The notes: generated from the letters alone by a model not told the origin. A stretch of 36,071 nucleotides of DNA from Abditibacteriaceae bacterium (GCA_031425655.1 JANPJS010000104.1:1-36071); one strand, 5' to 3'. Counted from the stretch's first letter, positions 9,048 to 17,682 are shown. Made by a program: numbers and translations.

Positions 9048-10160
9048 ATGATTTCCGTTCATTTCGATAACATCACCAAACGCTTTGATCGCAGTGTTGC
9101 GGTGGGCAATCTCACGCTGGAAATCGGCGAGGGCGAGTTGTTTTTTCTGCTCGGCCCGTCGGGTTGCGGCAAGACGACTTGCCTGCGCATGGTCGCCGGT
9201 TTCGCGCAGCCGGACGGCGGCGAACTGCGCTTCGGCGAGCGCGTGATGAACAACGTGGCGCCGCATCTTCGCAATACGGGCATGGTGTTTCAGAACTACG
9301 CGCTCTGGCCGCATCTGACGACGCGCGGCAACGTGGAATACGGTCTGCGCGTGCGAAAAGTTGATAGCGCCGAGCGCAAAAGGCGCACGGACGAAGCTCT
9401 CGAAATGGTGCAACTGAGCCATTTGGCCGACCGCTACGCTTCGCAAATGTCGGGCGGACAGCAGCAGCGCGTGGCTTTGGCGCGTGCTTTGGTGATTCGC
9501 CCCGATGTGCTGCTTTTGGATGAGCCTTTATCGAATCTCGACGCGCAACTGCGACTGGAAATGCGCCGCGAAATCAAGCGACTGCACACGCAAACCGGCG
9601 TGACGGCGCTTTACGTGACGCACGATCAGGAAGAAGCGTTGTCCATCGCCGACCGCGTGGCGGTTCTCAAAGACGGCGCTTTGCAGCAAGTCGGCACACC
9701 GCGCGAGCTTTATCGCCAGCCGCAAAGCCGCTTCGTGGCCGCGTTTATCGGCGAAACCAACTTCTTGCCGGGCCTTATCGAAAGTGTGGACGCGCAATTC
9801 CTGACTGTCGCTACTCCGGCGGGCGTTCTGCGCGCGGCGCGCTTGGAAGGCGCGTGGGAAACCGGGCAGCAAATCTGGTGTTCGATTCGCCCCGAAGCGT
9901 GGCGTGTCGAAGCGGGCGCGGCCAATGGCGAAAATCGCTTGGCCGCTCAGCTCGAAAGCGTGATGTATTTAGGCGAAAGCGAACAGTATCAGGCGCGTCT
10001 GGTCGAAGAGCAGCACGGCGGCAAGAGCATTGCGATGGACAACGAAGAATGGCGTGAAATCAAAGTCGCCGTTACCAACCCCGGCGCCAGTGCGCCGCGT
10101 CCCGGCGACGCCATCACGCTGGCCTGCGCGCCCGACGACGTTGTCGCGCTGCGCGCGTAA
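9048..10160 (+). CDS. ABC transporter ATP-binding protein (FbpC/PotA-like) with C-terminal TOBE region
   Basis: GPSGCGKT, VFQNYAL, MSGGQQQRVALARAL, LLLDEPLSNLD and YVTHDQEEA motifs. Confidence 0.95.
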   Translation: MISVHFDNITKRFDRSVAVGNLTLEIGEGELFFLLGPSGCGKTTCLRMVAGFAQPDGGELRFGERVMNNVAPHLRNTGMVFQNYALWPHLTTRGNVEYGLRVRKVDSAERKRRTDEALEMVQLSHLADRYASQMSGGQQQRVALARALVIRPDVLLLDEPLSNLDAQLRLEMRREIKRLHTQTGVTALYVTHDQEEALSIADRVAVLKDGALQQVGTPRELYRQPQSRFVAAFIGETNFLPGLIESVDAQFLTVATPAGVLRAARLEGAWETGQQIWCSIRPEAWRVEAGAANGENRLAAQLESVMYLGESEQYQARLVEEQHGGKSIAMDNEEWREIKVAVTNPGASAPRPGDAITLACAPDDVVALRA

Positions 10161-10240
10161 TTTTGAATTATAAATTTTGAATTTTGAATTGCGGATTCAG
10201 AAACCTGAATTCAAAATTCAAAATTCAAAATTCAAAATTC
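10159..10240. repeat. Palindromic heptamer array (AATTTTG)n...(AATTCAA)n
   Basis: About four units per arm around a short spacer. It runs from the upstream TAA to 1 nt before the next ATG. Confidence 0.92.
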
Positions 10241-10241
10241 T

Positions 10242-10832
10242 ATGAATTTCTTCCTCTCGCACTTGAGCGCCAAAGACGCACTCGGCCTCGCGTCGTGGCA
10301 AGTGCTGGCGCTCAACGCGGTTTTATCACTTGTTCTCATCACTTGTTTCATTAGCGATTGGCGGCACGGCAAAATCTGGAACAAGGTGACGTTTCCGGCC
10401 ATGTTAGCCGGAATTTTGCTCAACGGCGCGTTCGGCGGTTTGGATGGGCTAAAATGGGCTTTAGTCGGCTGGGCGGTCGGCATGGGGATTCAGTGGGTGC
10501 CTTTCATGCTTGGCTTTGCAAAAGCCGGCGATGTGAAGCTGTTAGCGGCTGTCGGCGCGCTCAAAGGCCCGGCGTTTTGCATTTTCGGCTTTCTTTACGG
10601 CGCCATCGCGTTCAGCCTGCTTTTGCCGTGGCTGGCCAAAAAAGGCGAATTGCAAGGCGTGATGCAAACGCTGAAAACCTACGCGAAAACGGCTGCCGTC
10701 ACGCAGGGCGCGCCCGAAGCACCGGCGCCAACAGTGCGCCGCCATTTGCCGTGGGGGCCGGGCTTAGTCGTTGGTTTCTTTATTGCTCTGGCGCTTGAAA
10801 TCGCGCTGGGCAAGCCTTTCTGGTTCTTTTAG
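10242..10832 (+). CDS. A24 family prepilin peptidase (CpaA/TadV-like)
   Basis: Multi-TM protein with the two catalytic Asp motifs (ISDWRHGKIWN, AGDVKLLAAVG) and C-terminal LPWGPGL. Confidence 0.88.
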   Translation: MNFFLSHLSAKDALGLASWQVLALNAVLSLVLITCFISDWRHGKIWNKVTFPAMLAGILLNGAFGGLDGLKWALVGWAVGMGIQWVPFMLGFAKAGDVKLLAAVGALKGPAFCIFGFLYGAIAFSLLLPWLAKKGELQGVMQTLKTYAKTAAVTQGAPEAPAPTVRRHLPWGPGLVVGFFIALALEIALGKPFWFF

Positions 10833-10910
10833 AGGCTCGATGCTGGATGCTTGATATCCGATGCTGGATATAAGCCCAGCACCATCGAGCATCCAGCATC
10901 GAACATCAAG
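10833..10910. repeat. Palindromic heptamer array (ATGCTGG-like)n...(CATCCAG-like)n
   Basis: ATGCTGG ATGCTTG ATATCCG ATGCTGG ... CATCGAG CATCCAG CATCGAA CATCAAG fills the gap between TAG 10832 and ATG 10912. Confidence 0.85.
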
Positions 10911-10911
10911 T

Positions 10912-12270
10912 ATGCAAGCAATTATTCTCGCCGGGGGAATGGGGACGCGCCTGCGGCCTCTGACTTATACGCTGCCTAAACCGATGCTGCCCGTGGCGAA
11001 TCGGCCCGCCCTTGCGCATACCATCGAGGCGCTGGCCAAAGCGGGCTGCCATGAAGTCATTATCACCACTAACTATCTTGCTGACATGATCGTCGAAGGG
11101 CTTCACGCCATGCCGGTGCCGATTCGCGTGCGCTGCGTGCGCGAAGAGCAGCCTTTGGGCACGGCGGGCTGCGTCAAGAACGTCATTGAGCAACTGGACG
11201 ACGAATTTATCATCATTCAGGGCGATGCCGTCGCCGACCTCAATTACGGCGAGCTGATTGAATTTCATCACGCCAAAAACGCCGACGTGACCATCGCCGT
11301 GATGCGCGTGCAGGACACGCGCGAATTCGGCGTCGTCGCCATTGACGAAGAGCGCCGCATCACGCGCTTTCAAGAAAAGCCGCGTCCCGAAGAAGCTTTT
11401 TCCGATTTGGCGAACGCCGGCTTTTACATCGTGAAAAAGCGTGTTTTCGACGAAGTGCCGACCGGCGAGCCTTACGATTTTTCGCGCCAGCTTTTTCCGC
11501 GTCTGATGGCCGAAGACGCCCGCTTTTTTGCTTACGATATGCAGGGCTACTGGGTGGACATCGGGCGCATTCAGCATTATCTCGAAGGCAATATGCACTG
11601 CATTCGTGACTTGGCCGAGGTGTCGCCTGAAGCGCGTGTCGAGGAATCAACCCGTCTGGTGCCGCCTTTTCTGATCGGCGCCGGCACCATGATCGCCGAA
11701 GACTGCGTCATCGGCCCCAACGTGGTTATCGGCAACGATTGTATTATCGGGGCGGGCGCGCAGATTTCCGGCAGCGTGCTTTACAACCAAGTTCTAATTG
11801 GCCCGGAAGCGCATTTAACCGGCTGCGTCATCGCCACGGGCACGCATCTGCGCGACCGCGTGACCGTCGAAGCGATGGCGGCCATCGGCGAAAACTGCAC
11901 CATCGGCGTGGCCGCGCAAGTCGCGGCTTATTCGCGCGTCGGGCCGCGAATGCCGATTGCCGATGGCGTTTTAGTCGAAGGTGCGGTTTCGCCACGATTC
12001 GATCAAGTCGAGCGCCTCAAACGCGCCGTGGATAGCGCAACGCATTATCGTTTGCTCTCGCAGGAACAGCGCTGGGTTTGCGCTTTGCTCGGCGAATACG
12101 GCGAAATGACGGCGCGCAGCTTGGCCGAATTGGGCACGATTCCCTATTCGCGCGTTCACGCCACGCTTTATTCGCTCGAAGAACAGGGCATGATTTTGTC
12201 CACGCCCGACGTGCCCAAACGCTACGCCCTGACGCGCGAAGAAGGGTTTCCTCGCGTCGCGCAAACGTAA
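10912..12270 (+). CDS. NDP-sugar pyrophosphorylase (mannose-1-phosphate guanylyltransferase-like) with hexapeptide beta-helix and C-terminal TrmB-like winged HTH
   Basis: MQAIILAGGMGTRLRPLT...PKPMLPV, PLGTAG, FQEKP and YWVDIG motifs; IGxxxx hexapeptide repeats; C-terminal GEMTARSLAELGTIPYSRVHATLYSLEEQGMI...PKRY. Start moved to ATG 10912. Confidence 0.9.
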   Translation: MQAIILAGGMGTRLRPLTYTLPKPMLPVANRPALAHTIEALAKAGCHEVIITTNYLADMIVEGLHAMPVPIRVRCVREEQPLGTAGCVKNVIEQLDDEFIIIQGDAVADLNYGELIEFHHAKNADVTIAVMRVQDTREFGVVAIDEERRITRFQEKPRPEEAFSDLANAGFYIVKKRVFDEVPTGEPYDFSRQLFPRLMAEDARFFAYDMQGYWVDIGRIQHYLEGNMHCIRDLAEVSPEARVEESTRLVPPFLIGAGTMIAEDCVIGPNVVIGNDCIIGAGAQISGSVLYNQVLIGPEAHLTGCVIATGTHLRDRVTVEAMAAIGENCTIGVAAQVAAYSRVGPRMPIADGVLVEGAVSPRFDQVERLKRAVDSATHYRLLSQEQRWVCALLGEYGEMTARSLAELGTIPYSRVHATLYSLEEQGMILSTPDVPKRYALTREEGFPRVAQT

Positions 12271-12274
12271 AAAC

Positions 12275-12391
12275 TTTCAATGGAACACGGGCTTCGCACG
12301 CGGAAACGACACGGATTTTCACGGTTTCAATTCAGAGAAAAATCCGTGTTAATCCGTGGCCGTTTCCGTGAAAATCCGTGTTCCATTGAAA
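12275..12391. repeat. Inverted repeat element with CACGG/CCGTG ~10-bp units
   Basis: TTTCAATGGAACACGG (12275-12290) pairs with CCGTGTTCCATTGAAA (12376-12391); internal CACGGATTTTCACGG is the complement of CCGTGAAAATCCGTG. Confidence 0.9.
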
Positions 12392-12422
12392 ATTTGCGAG
12401 CCATTAGTCAATCGAGATTACG

Positions 12423-13154
12423 ATGAACACAATCCACTCTTCAGCAGACGGCACGCGCGGCCCCGATTTAGAACGCGCGCCGTCGGGCGTGCCGGGCTTA
12501 GACGAACTCATCGAAGGCGGCCTGCCGCGAGGCCGCATTATTTTGGTGACCGGCCCGGCGGGTGCGGGCAAAACCACGCTGGGTTTTCAATTTTTGCAGG
12601 CCGGCATCGTGGCGCACAACGAGCCGGGCGTTTACGTGACTTTGCAAGACGAAATCGCCGACCTGGTGCAGGATATGGGACGCTTCGGCTGGCCTTTGCA
12701 GGAACACGTCAACAACCATAAATTAGCCCTCGTGCGCAGCCCGATTCCGTTTGAAGTGGATGCGCCGCTTGCCACCGACACTTTGCTCGACAAAATTCAC
12801 GGCGCTGTGACGCAAATCAACGCGCGCCGTCTGGTTTTCGATTCTTTGGCCGCGCTCGGCCTGCCCGACGACGATCATGTGCGTTTGCGCCGCGATATTT
12901 TGCGTCTTTGCGCGCTTTTGCGCGAATTAGGCTGCACCACCATCATGACGACCGAAACGCCCGACAGCGGCGGCCTGACCAGTTTTGGCGTCGAGCAATT
13001 CGTGGCGCAGGGCGTGATCGTGCTACACGTCGCGCACACTTATCGCGGCATCGAGATTCGCAAAATGCGCGGCACGCGCCACGACACCAATGTGCATCGC
13101 GTGCGCATGAGCGACCGAGGTTTAGTCGTGTTACCCGGCGAACATCCGTTTTGA
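12423..13154 (+). CDS. Single-domain KaiC-like (RAD55/KaiC family) RecA-superfamily ATPase
   Basis: SGVPGLDELIEGGLPRG, Walker A GPAGAGKT, Walker B RRLVFDSL, IEIRKMRG arginine-finger motif. Confidence 0.92.
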   Translation: MNTIHSSADGTRGPDLERAPSGVPGLDELIEGGLPRGRIILVTGPAGAGKTTLGFQFLQAGIVAHNEPGVYVTLQDEIADLVQDMGRFGWPLQEHVNNHKLALVRSPIPFEVDAPLATDTLLDKIHGAVTQINARRLVFDSLAALGLPDDDHVRLRRDILRLCALLRELGCTTIMTTETPDSGGLTSFGVEQFVAQGVIVLHVAHTYRGIEIRKMRGTRHDTNVHRVRMSDRGLVVLPGEHPF

Positions 13155-13249
13155 TTCTTGGTGTAAATTTAACCATTCGCTCGGCGGTTGGGCGCCGTGT
13201 TTGCAGAGTTGGGCGGCGGCGAAAGCCGAATCCACCGAGGAGTCGAAAA

Positions 13250-13738
13250 ATGTCACTGAAAAATCTGGAAGACGCGCTGCACGAGGAATTGTCGGATATT
13301 CTCAGCGCCGAGACGCAAATCACTAAGGCGCTGCCCAAAATGATCGAAGCCGCCACCAATCCCGATCTGAAAGCCGCCTTTACCGCCCATCTCGCAGAAA
13401 CCGAAGGCCAAATCGAGCGTTTGCATCAAGCTTTCAAAATGCTCGGCAAAGACGCCGAACCAACCACCTGTGAAGCCATGAAGGGCATCATCAAAGAAGG
13501 CCAGTCCATCATGGACGAAAAGGCCACGCCCGAAGTCATGGACGCCATGCTCATCGCCGCCGCGCAAAAAGTCGAGCATTACGAAATCGCCTCTTACGGC
13601 ACGGTTTGCACTTGGGCCGAGCAGTTGGAAATGGATCAACTGCACGACCTTCTCGGTGAAACTTTGGACGAAGAGGAAATCGCCGACGAAAAGCTGACCG
13701 TCTTAGCCGAAGGCGAAATCAACGAAGCCGCCGAATAA
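13250..13738 (+). CDS. Ferritin-like DUF892 (YciE/YciF family) protein
   Basis: SAETQITKALPKM, HLAETEGQIERL, CEAMKGII and AAQKVEHYEIASYG motifs. GAGGAG lies upstream of ATG 13250. Confidence 0.95.
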   Translation: MSLKNLEDALHEELSDILSAETQITKALPKMIEAATNPDLKAAFTAHLAETEGQIERLHQAFKMLGKDAEPTTCEAMKGIIKEGQSIMDEKATPEVMDAMLIAAAQKVEHYEIASYGTVCTWAEQLEMDQLHDLLGETLDEEEIADEKLTVLAEGEINEAAE

Positions 13739-13747
13739 CAAATCGTA

Positions 13748-13791
13748 AAACCAAAGCAGCCCGCCAATTAATTGGCGGGCTGCTTTGGTTT
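13748..13791. terminator. Perfect 44-bp palindrome between convergent genes, probable bidirectional terminator or REP-like hairpin
   Basis: AAACCAAAGCAGCCCGCCAATT-AATTGGCGGGCTGCTTTGGTTT. Confidence 0.8.
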
Positions 13792-13799
13792 GTCTGATT

Positions 13800-14006
13800 T
13801 TAACGTTCCCCTTCACTGGTAGTTGGCCCCGGAGTGGGTTTTGGACGTGGAGTTGGCGTCGGGCTGGGCTTGCCTTTGCCCTTGCCGGCGAAAAAACCGC
13901 TGGAAATTTGCGGCGAGGCTTTTGCAAGTGCCTGATTCGCCAGCGCCAGAGGCGCCGTCAACATTGTCACCACCAGCAGCGTTTTTTGCAAAATCTTCAT
14001 TGTCAT
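13800..14006 (-). CDS. Small secreted Pro/Thr/Lys-rich protein
   Basis: AAGGA SD, signal peptide MKILQKTLLVVTMLTAPLALANQALA with ALA cleavage motif, stop just before the palindrome. Confidence 0.7.
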   Translation of the reverse strand: MTMKILQKTLLVVTMLTAPLALANQALAKASPQISSGFFAGKGKGKPSPTPTPRPKPTPGPTTSEGER

Positions 14007-14099
14007 CAGTCCTTCCGAATTTCCTGTCGAGCGCTTTTCCGCGCACTTTATTGTTATTTGACCTCGCCACTGACGGATAGCGGCGGCAGATGTTTCAAA

Positions 14100-14175
14100 A
14101 GAATTGAGAATGCCGAATGAAGAATTTAGAATTGCAGTCCTAATTCTTCATTCGACATTCTCAATTCTGCATTCT
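14100..14175. repeat. Palindromic heptamer array (AGAATTG-like)n...(CAATTCT-like)n
   Basis: Five units per arm, with a 28-bp complementary stretch carrying two mismatches. It touches the purL stop. Confidence 0.9.
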
Positions 14176-16400
14176 TAACTCATCAGCGCCGGAATCGCGC
14201 CGCGATAAAAGCGGTTCAGTTCTTCGAGAGAAATTACGGCTAAAGGTCGCAAAACTCCGGCGCGGTCGTCGCCCAGCGTGAGTTTGTCTCCGCCGACGCT
14301 GCCCAAATAGCTCATCGGCACGCCGACGTGCTGCGCCATTGCTTTTAACTGCTCCAAGTGCTGCGGCGCGATGCTCAACACCACGCGCGACTGCGTTTCA
14401 CCAAAAAGCACAGCGTCCAAGCGCGTATTAACTTCGACTTCGGCTTCCGGCGGAATTTCGATGCTCGCGCCGATGTTGCCCGCGATGCACGATTCGGCGA
14501 TAGCTACGGCCAAACCGCCGTCGGAAACGTCGTGCGCCGATTTCGCAAGACCGCTGCGAATCGCCGCTAAAGTCAGCTTTTGCACAGCGAGTTCGCGGTC
14601 TAAATCAAGCTCCGGCGGGCGTCCGGCCTCCAAACCATGCAGCGTCGCCAGATATTCGCTGCCGCCTAATTCGTCGCGGCATTGGCCCAATAAAACGATA
14701 TGGTCGCCGACATCGCGGAAACCCAGTCCGACGCGCTGATTTACGTCATCCAAAACGCCGACCATGCCGATGAGCGGCGATGGATGAATAACCGATTCGG
14801 GCGTTTCGTTATACAGCGAGACGTTGCCCGACACGACCGGCAAATGAAAATGCTCACAGGCCGCCACGATGCCTTCGATGGCGCGCGTGAACTGCCAGAA
14901 GCGGTCGGGTTTTTCGGGGTTGCCGAAGCACAAACAATCGGTCACGCCGCCCGGCTCGGCGCCGACGCAAACGAGGTTTCGCGCGCATTCGGCGACGGCG
15001 ATTTGAGCGCCTAAAAACGGGTCGAGAAAACAGTAGCGCGAGTTGCAATCGGCCTTGACTGCAATGCCTTTATTCGTCGCCGATTCTTTGATGCGCAGCA
15101 CCGCCGCGTCGCCCTGACCGGGCAAAATAAGGGTGTTTATCTGCACCATGTGGTCGTATTGCGAATAAACCCACTCTTTCGAGGCGATATTCGGCGCCGA
15201 AAGCATTTGCAACAGCGCCGAGCCGTAATCGCGCGGCTGTGGAATCGTAGTCAAATCGAAATCGTTCAGCGCGGCCAAATATTCCGGCACTTGCGTCGGT
15301 AATGTATAAAGCGGTGCGTCGGCAAGGCTTTTCGCGGTCATTTCCGCGACGAGTTCGCCGTTTTGCCGAATGCGAAGCACGCCGTCTTCAGTCACTTGCC
15401 CCAAAACGACGGCGTGACTGCCCCACTTTTGAAAAATATCAATGACTTCGGCTTCGCGCCCTTTTTTGACCACGCCAAGCATTCGCTCCTGCGACTCGCT
15501 CATCATGATTTCGTAGGGTTCCATGCCGGTTTCGCGCAGCGGCACAAGCGCCAAATCAATGTCCATGCCCACGCCGCCTTCTGCCGCTTGCTCGCAGGTC
15601 GTGCAGGTTAATCCCGCCGCGCCCATGTCTTTGAGTGACACGAAAGCGCCGGTTTTCAAGGCTTCCAAGCACGCTTCGAGCAGGCATTTTTCGGCAAACG
15701 GGTCGCCGACTTGCACGGTCGGGCGTTGCGTTTGGTCGGTGATTTCGTGCGAAGCCAGAATTGAGCAGCCGCCGATGCCGTCGCGGCCCGTCGCGTTGCC
15801 GAAATACATCACCGAGTTACCGGCGCCGGCTGCGCTGCTGGACGCCAAATCTTCGGTTCGCACCACGCCGACGCTCATCGCGCCGACCAGACAATTGCCT
15901 TTGTAGCAATCGTTGAAAGCGACTTCGCCAGCTACGGTTGGAATTCCCATCGCGTTGCCGTAAAAACTTATTCCATCCACGACGCCAGCAAAAAGATAGC
16001 GCGCTTTGGCTTCGTCCAATGTGCCGAAACGCAGCGAATCGAGGTTGCAAATTGGACGCGCGCCGACCGTAAAAATATCGCGGATGATGCCGCCGATGCC
16101 GGTCGCGGCGCCTTGCCTTGGCTCGACTTGCGACGGATGGTTGTGCGATTCCATCTTGAAAACGATGAAAAGGCCGGGTTCGATTTCAATTCCGCCCGTG
16201 TCGGCGCCCGAAAGGCTGGCGTAGCGTCCCAGTTTGGGCAGCGTTTTGAGCAAGGCGCGCGAACGCGGATAACCGCAATGCTCGCTCCACTCGACTGAAT
16301 ACATCGCCAGTTCGGTGGCCGTCGGTGTGCGCTCTAAAATCTCTACGACTTTGTGATATTCGGCCTCGGTCATGCCGAGGGCAAGGGCTTTATCAAGCAT
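14175..16400 (-). CDS. purL: Phosphoribosylformylglycinamidine synthase subunit PurL (small type)
   Basis: WSEHC, KMESHNHPS, GAATGIGGIIRDI, DMGAAGL, SESQERM, VSGNVSLYNE and HDVSDGG motifs. Confidence 0.98.
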   Translation of the reverse strand: MLDKALALGMTEAEYHKVVEILERTPTATELAMYSVEWSEHCGYPRSRALLKTLPKLGRYASLSGADTGGIEIEPGLFIVFKMESHNHPSQVEPRQGAATGIGGIIRDIFTVGARPICNLDSLRFGTLDEAKARYLFAGVVDGISFYGNAMGIPTVAGEVAFNDCYKGNCLVGAMSVGVVRTEDLASSSAAGAGNSVMYFGNATGRDGIGGCSILASHEITDQTQRPTVQVGDPFAEKCLLEACLEALKTGAFVSLKDMGAAGLTCTTCEQAAEGGVGMDIDLALVPLRETGMEPYEIMMSESQERMLGVVKKGREAEVIDIFQKWGSHAVVLGQVTEDGVLRIRQNGELVAEMTAKSLADAPLYTLPTQVPEYLAALNDFDLTTIPQPRDYGSALLQMLSAPNIASKEWVYSQYDHMVQINTLILPGQGDAAVLRIKESATNKGIAVKADCNSRYCFLDPFLGAQIAVAECARNLVCVGAEPGGVTDCLCFGNPEKPDRFWQFTRAIEGIVAACEHFHLPVVSGNVSLYNETPESVIHPSPLIGMVGVLDDVNQRVGLGFRDVGDHIVLLGQCRDELGGSEYLATLHGLEAGRPPELDLDRELAVQKLTLAAIRSGLAKSAHDVSDGGLAVAIAESCIAGNIGASIEIPPEAEVEVNTRLDAVLFGETQSRVVLSIAPQHLEQLKAMAQHVGVPMSYLGSVGGDKLTLGDDRAGVLRPLAVISLEELNRFYRGAIPALMS

Positions 16401-16409
16401 GATAAAAAT

Positions 16410-16832
16410 TCAATAACCTTTTGTCGGTTCTGCACCCGCCAACTCTTGCAAAATCTGCCACTGCTCGGCGCTGATCGGCACGACGGAAAGTCGGCCCAGA
16501 CGCACTAAATCGCAGTTTTGCAACTCAGGATGCGCTTTAATTTGCGCCAACGTAACAGGCTTAGGCAAGCGCGATTTCGCTTTCACGTCGCAAACCGCCA
16601 GTTTGGGATTATCTCCTTCGGGATTGACGTAGTAACCGCGCGAAACTTCGGCTAATCCAACGGCAGCGCGCTCATCGCCGGTGTGATAAATGATGGCCAC
16701 GTCGCCCGTTTCGATTTTGCGGATGTTTTGCAGCGCCGTGTTATTCGTCACGCCGTCCCACATGGTCGTTCCATCGCGTTCGAGGTCGTCGTAGGAATAA
16801 ACCGACGGCTCAGTTTTGAGAAGCCAAATCAT
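16410..16832 (-). CDS. EVE domain protein
   Basis: WLLKTEP, WDGVTN, GDVAIIYHTG, PVTLAQIK and RLSVVP motifs. Confidence 0.93.
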   Translation of the reverse strand: MIWLLKTEPSVYSYDDLERDGTTMWDGVTNNTALQNIRKIETGDVAIIYHTGDERAAVGLAEVSRGYYVNPEGDNPKLAVCDVKAKSRLPKPVTLAQIKAHPELQNCDLVRLGRLSVVPISAEQWQILQELAGAEPTKGY

Positions 16833-16833
16833 A

Positions 16834-16899
16834 GGAATTTAGAATTGTGAATTGTGAATGCAGAAGTTTCTCTATTCTACATTCGCAGTTCTAAATTCT
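16834..16899. repeat. Palindromic heptamer array (GAATT-core)
   Basis: GGAATTT AGAATTG TGAATTG TGAATGC ... ACATTCG CAGTTCT AAATTCT spans from the purQ stop to the EVE start. Confidence 0.85.
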
Positions 16900-17669
16900 C
16901 AGGGCGCGCTCACGTCCGAAGCGATGAACATATTGCTGCCCACTCCGGTGACGGTCGCATCGCTGGTGAGGGCTGTGGTCGGCGCGAGCAAAGTCATCAT
17001 GCCGCGAAATATCAACAGGCCGTCGGTGCAGCCGAGAATCGGCTCGCTGGCGGCTTCGGGATGCGGCATCAGACCGAAAACATTGCCGGTTGTGTTCATC
17101 ACGCCGGCGATGTTGCCGACGCTGCCGTTTGGGTTGGCGGCATCGGTTACGTCGCCGTCGTCGTCGCAATAGCGCAGCAAAATCTGGCCGCCGGATTCCA
17201 TTTCCAAAAGCGTGTCGGGGTCGGCGTAATAGCTGCCTTCGCCGTGACGAATCGGCATCAAAAGGCGGTCGCCGGGATTGGTCAGTTGCAAAAAGATGTT
17301 GCGATTGTCTTCGACGCGCAGCCAGTGATTTTTGCAAACGAAGTGCTGTCCGGCATTGCGACGCAAGGCGCCGGGCAAAAGGCCAGCCTCGCAAAGCACT
17401 TGAAAACCGTTGCAAATGCCTATCACGGGCTTGCCGAGAAGGGCAAATTCGGCGACCGATTCCATGACGGGTGAAAAGCGCGCGATGGCGCCGGTTCGCA
17501 GATAATCGCCGTGTGCGAAGCCGCCGGGCAAAATCAGCGCGTCGAACTCGCTGAGATCGGTTTGCGTATGCCACACGATGCGCCCGGTCTGGCCCATCAC
17601 GTTTTGCACAACGTGCAGGCAATCGCGTTCGCAGTTGGTGCCGGGAAAAAGAATAATTCCAAAATGCAT
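16899..17669 (-). CDS. purQ: Phosphoribosylformylglycinamidine synthase glutaminase subunit PurQ
   Basis: FPGTNCE, LPGGFAHGDYLR, GICNGFQ (catalytic Cys), NPNGS and MPHPE motifs. Confidence 0.98.
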   Translation of the reverse strand: MHFGIILFPGTNCERDCLHVVQNVMGQTGRIVWHTQTDLSEFDALILPGGFAHGDYLRTGAIARFSPVMESVAEFALLGKPVIGICNGFQVLCEAGLLPGALRRNAGQHFVCKNHWLRVEDNRNIFLQLTNPGDRLLMPIRHGEGSYYADPDTLLEMESGGQILLRYCDDDGDVTDAANPNGSVGNIAGVMNTTGNVFGLMPHPEAASEPILGCTDGLLIFRGMMTLLAPTTALTSDATVTGVGSNMFIASDVSAP

Positions 17670-17682
17670 AAAAGCTTCGCTT

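Noticed and set aside
12423..13154. Circadian clock gene kaiC
   Set aside because: Single domain only, no phosphosite motif, and no kaiA or kaiB nearby.
12908..13249. N-terminal extension of the DUF892 protein
   Set aside because: Overlaps the KaiC-like gene; SD and family start point to ATG 13250.
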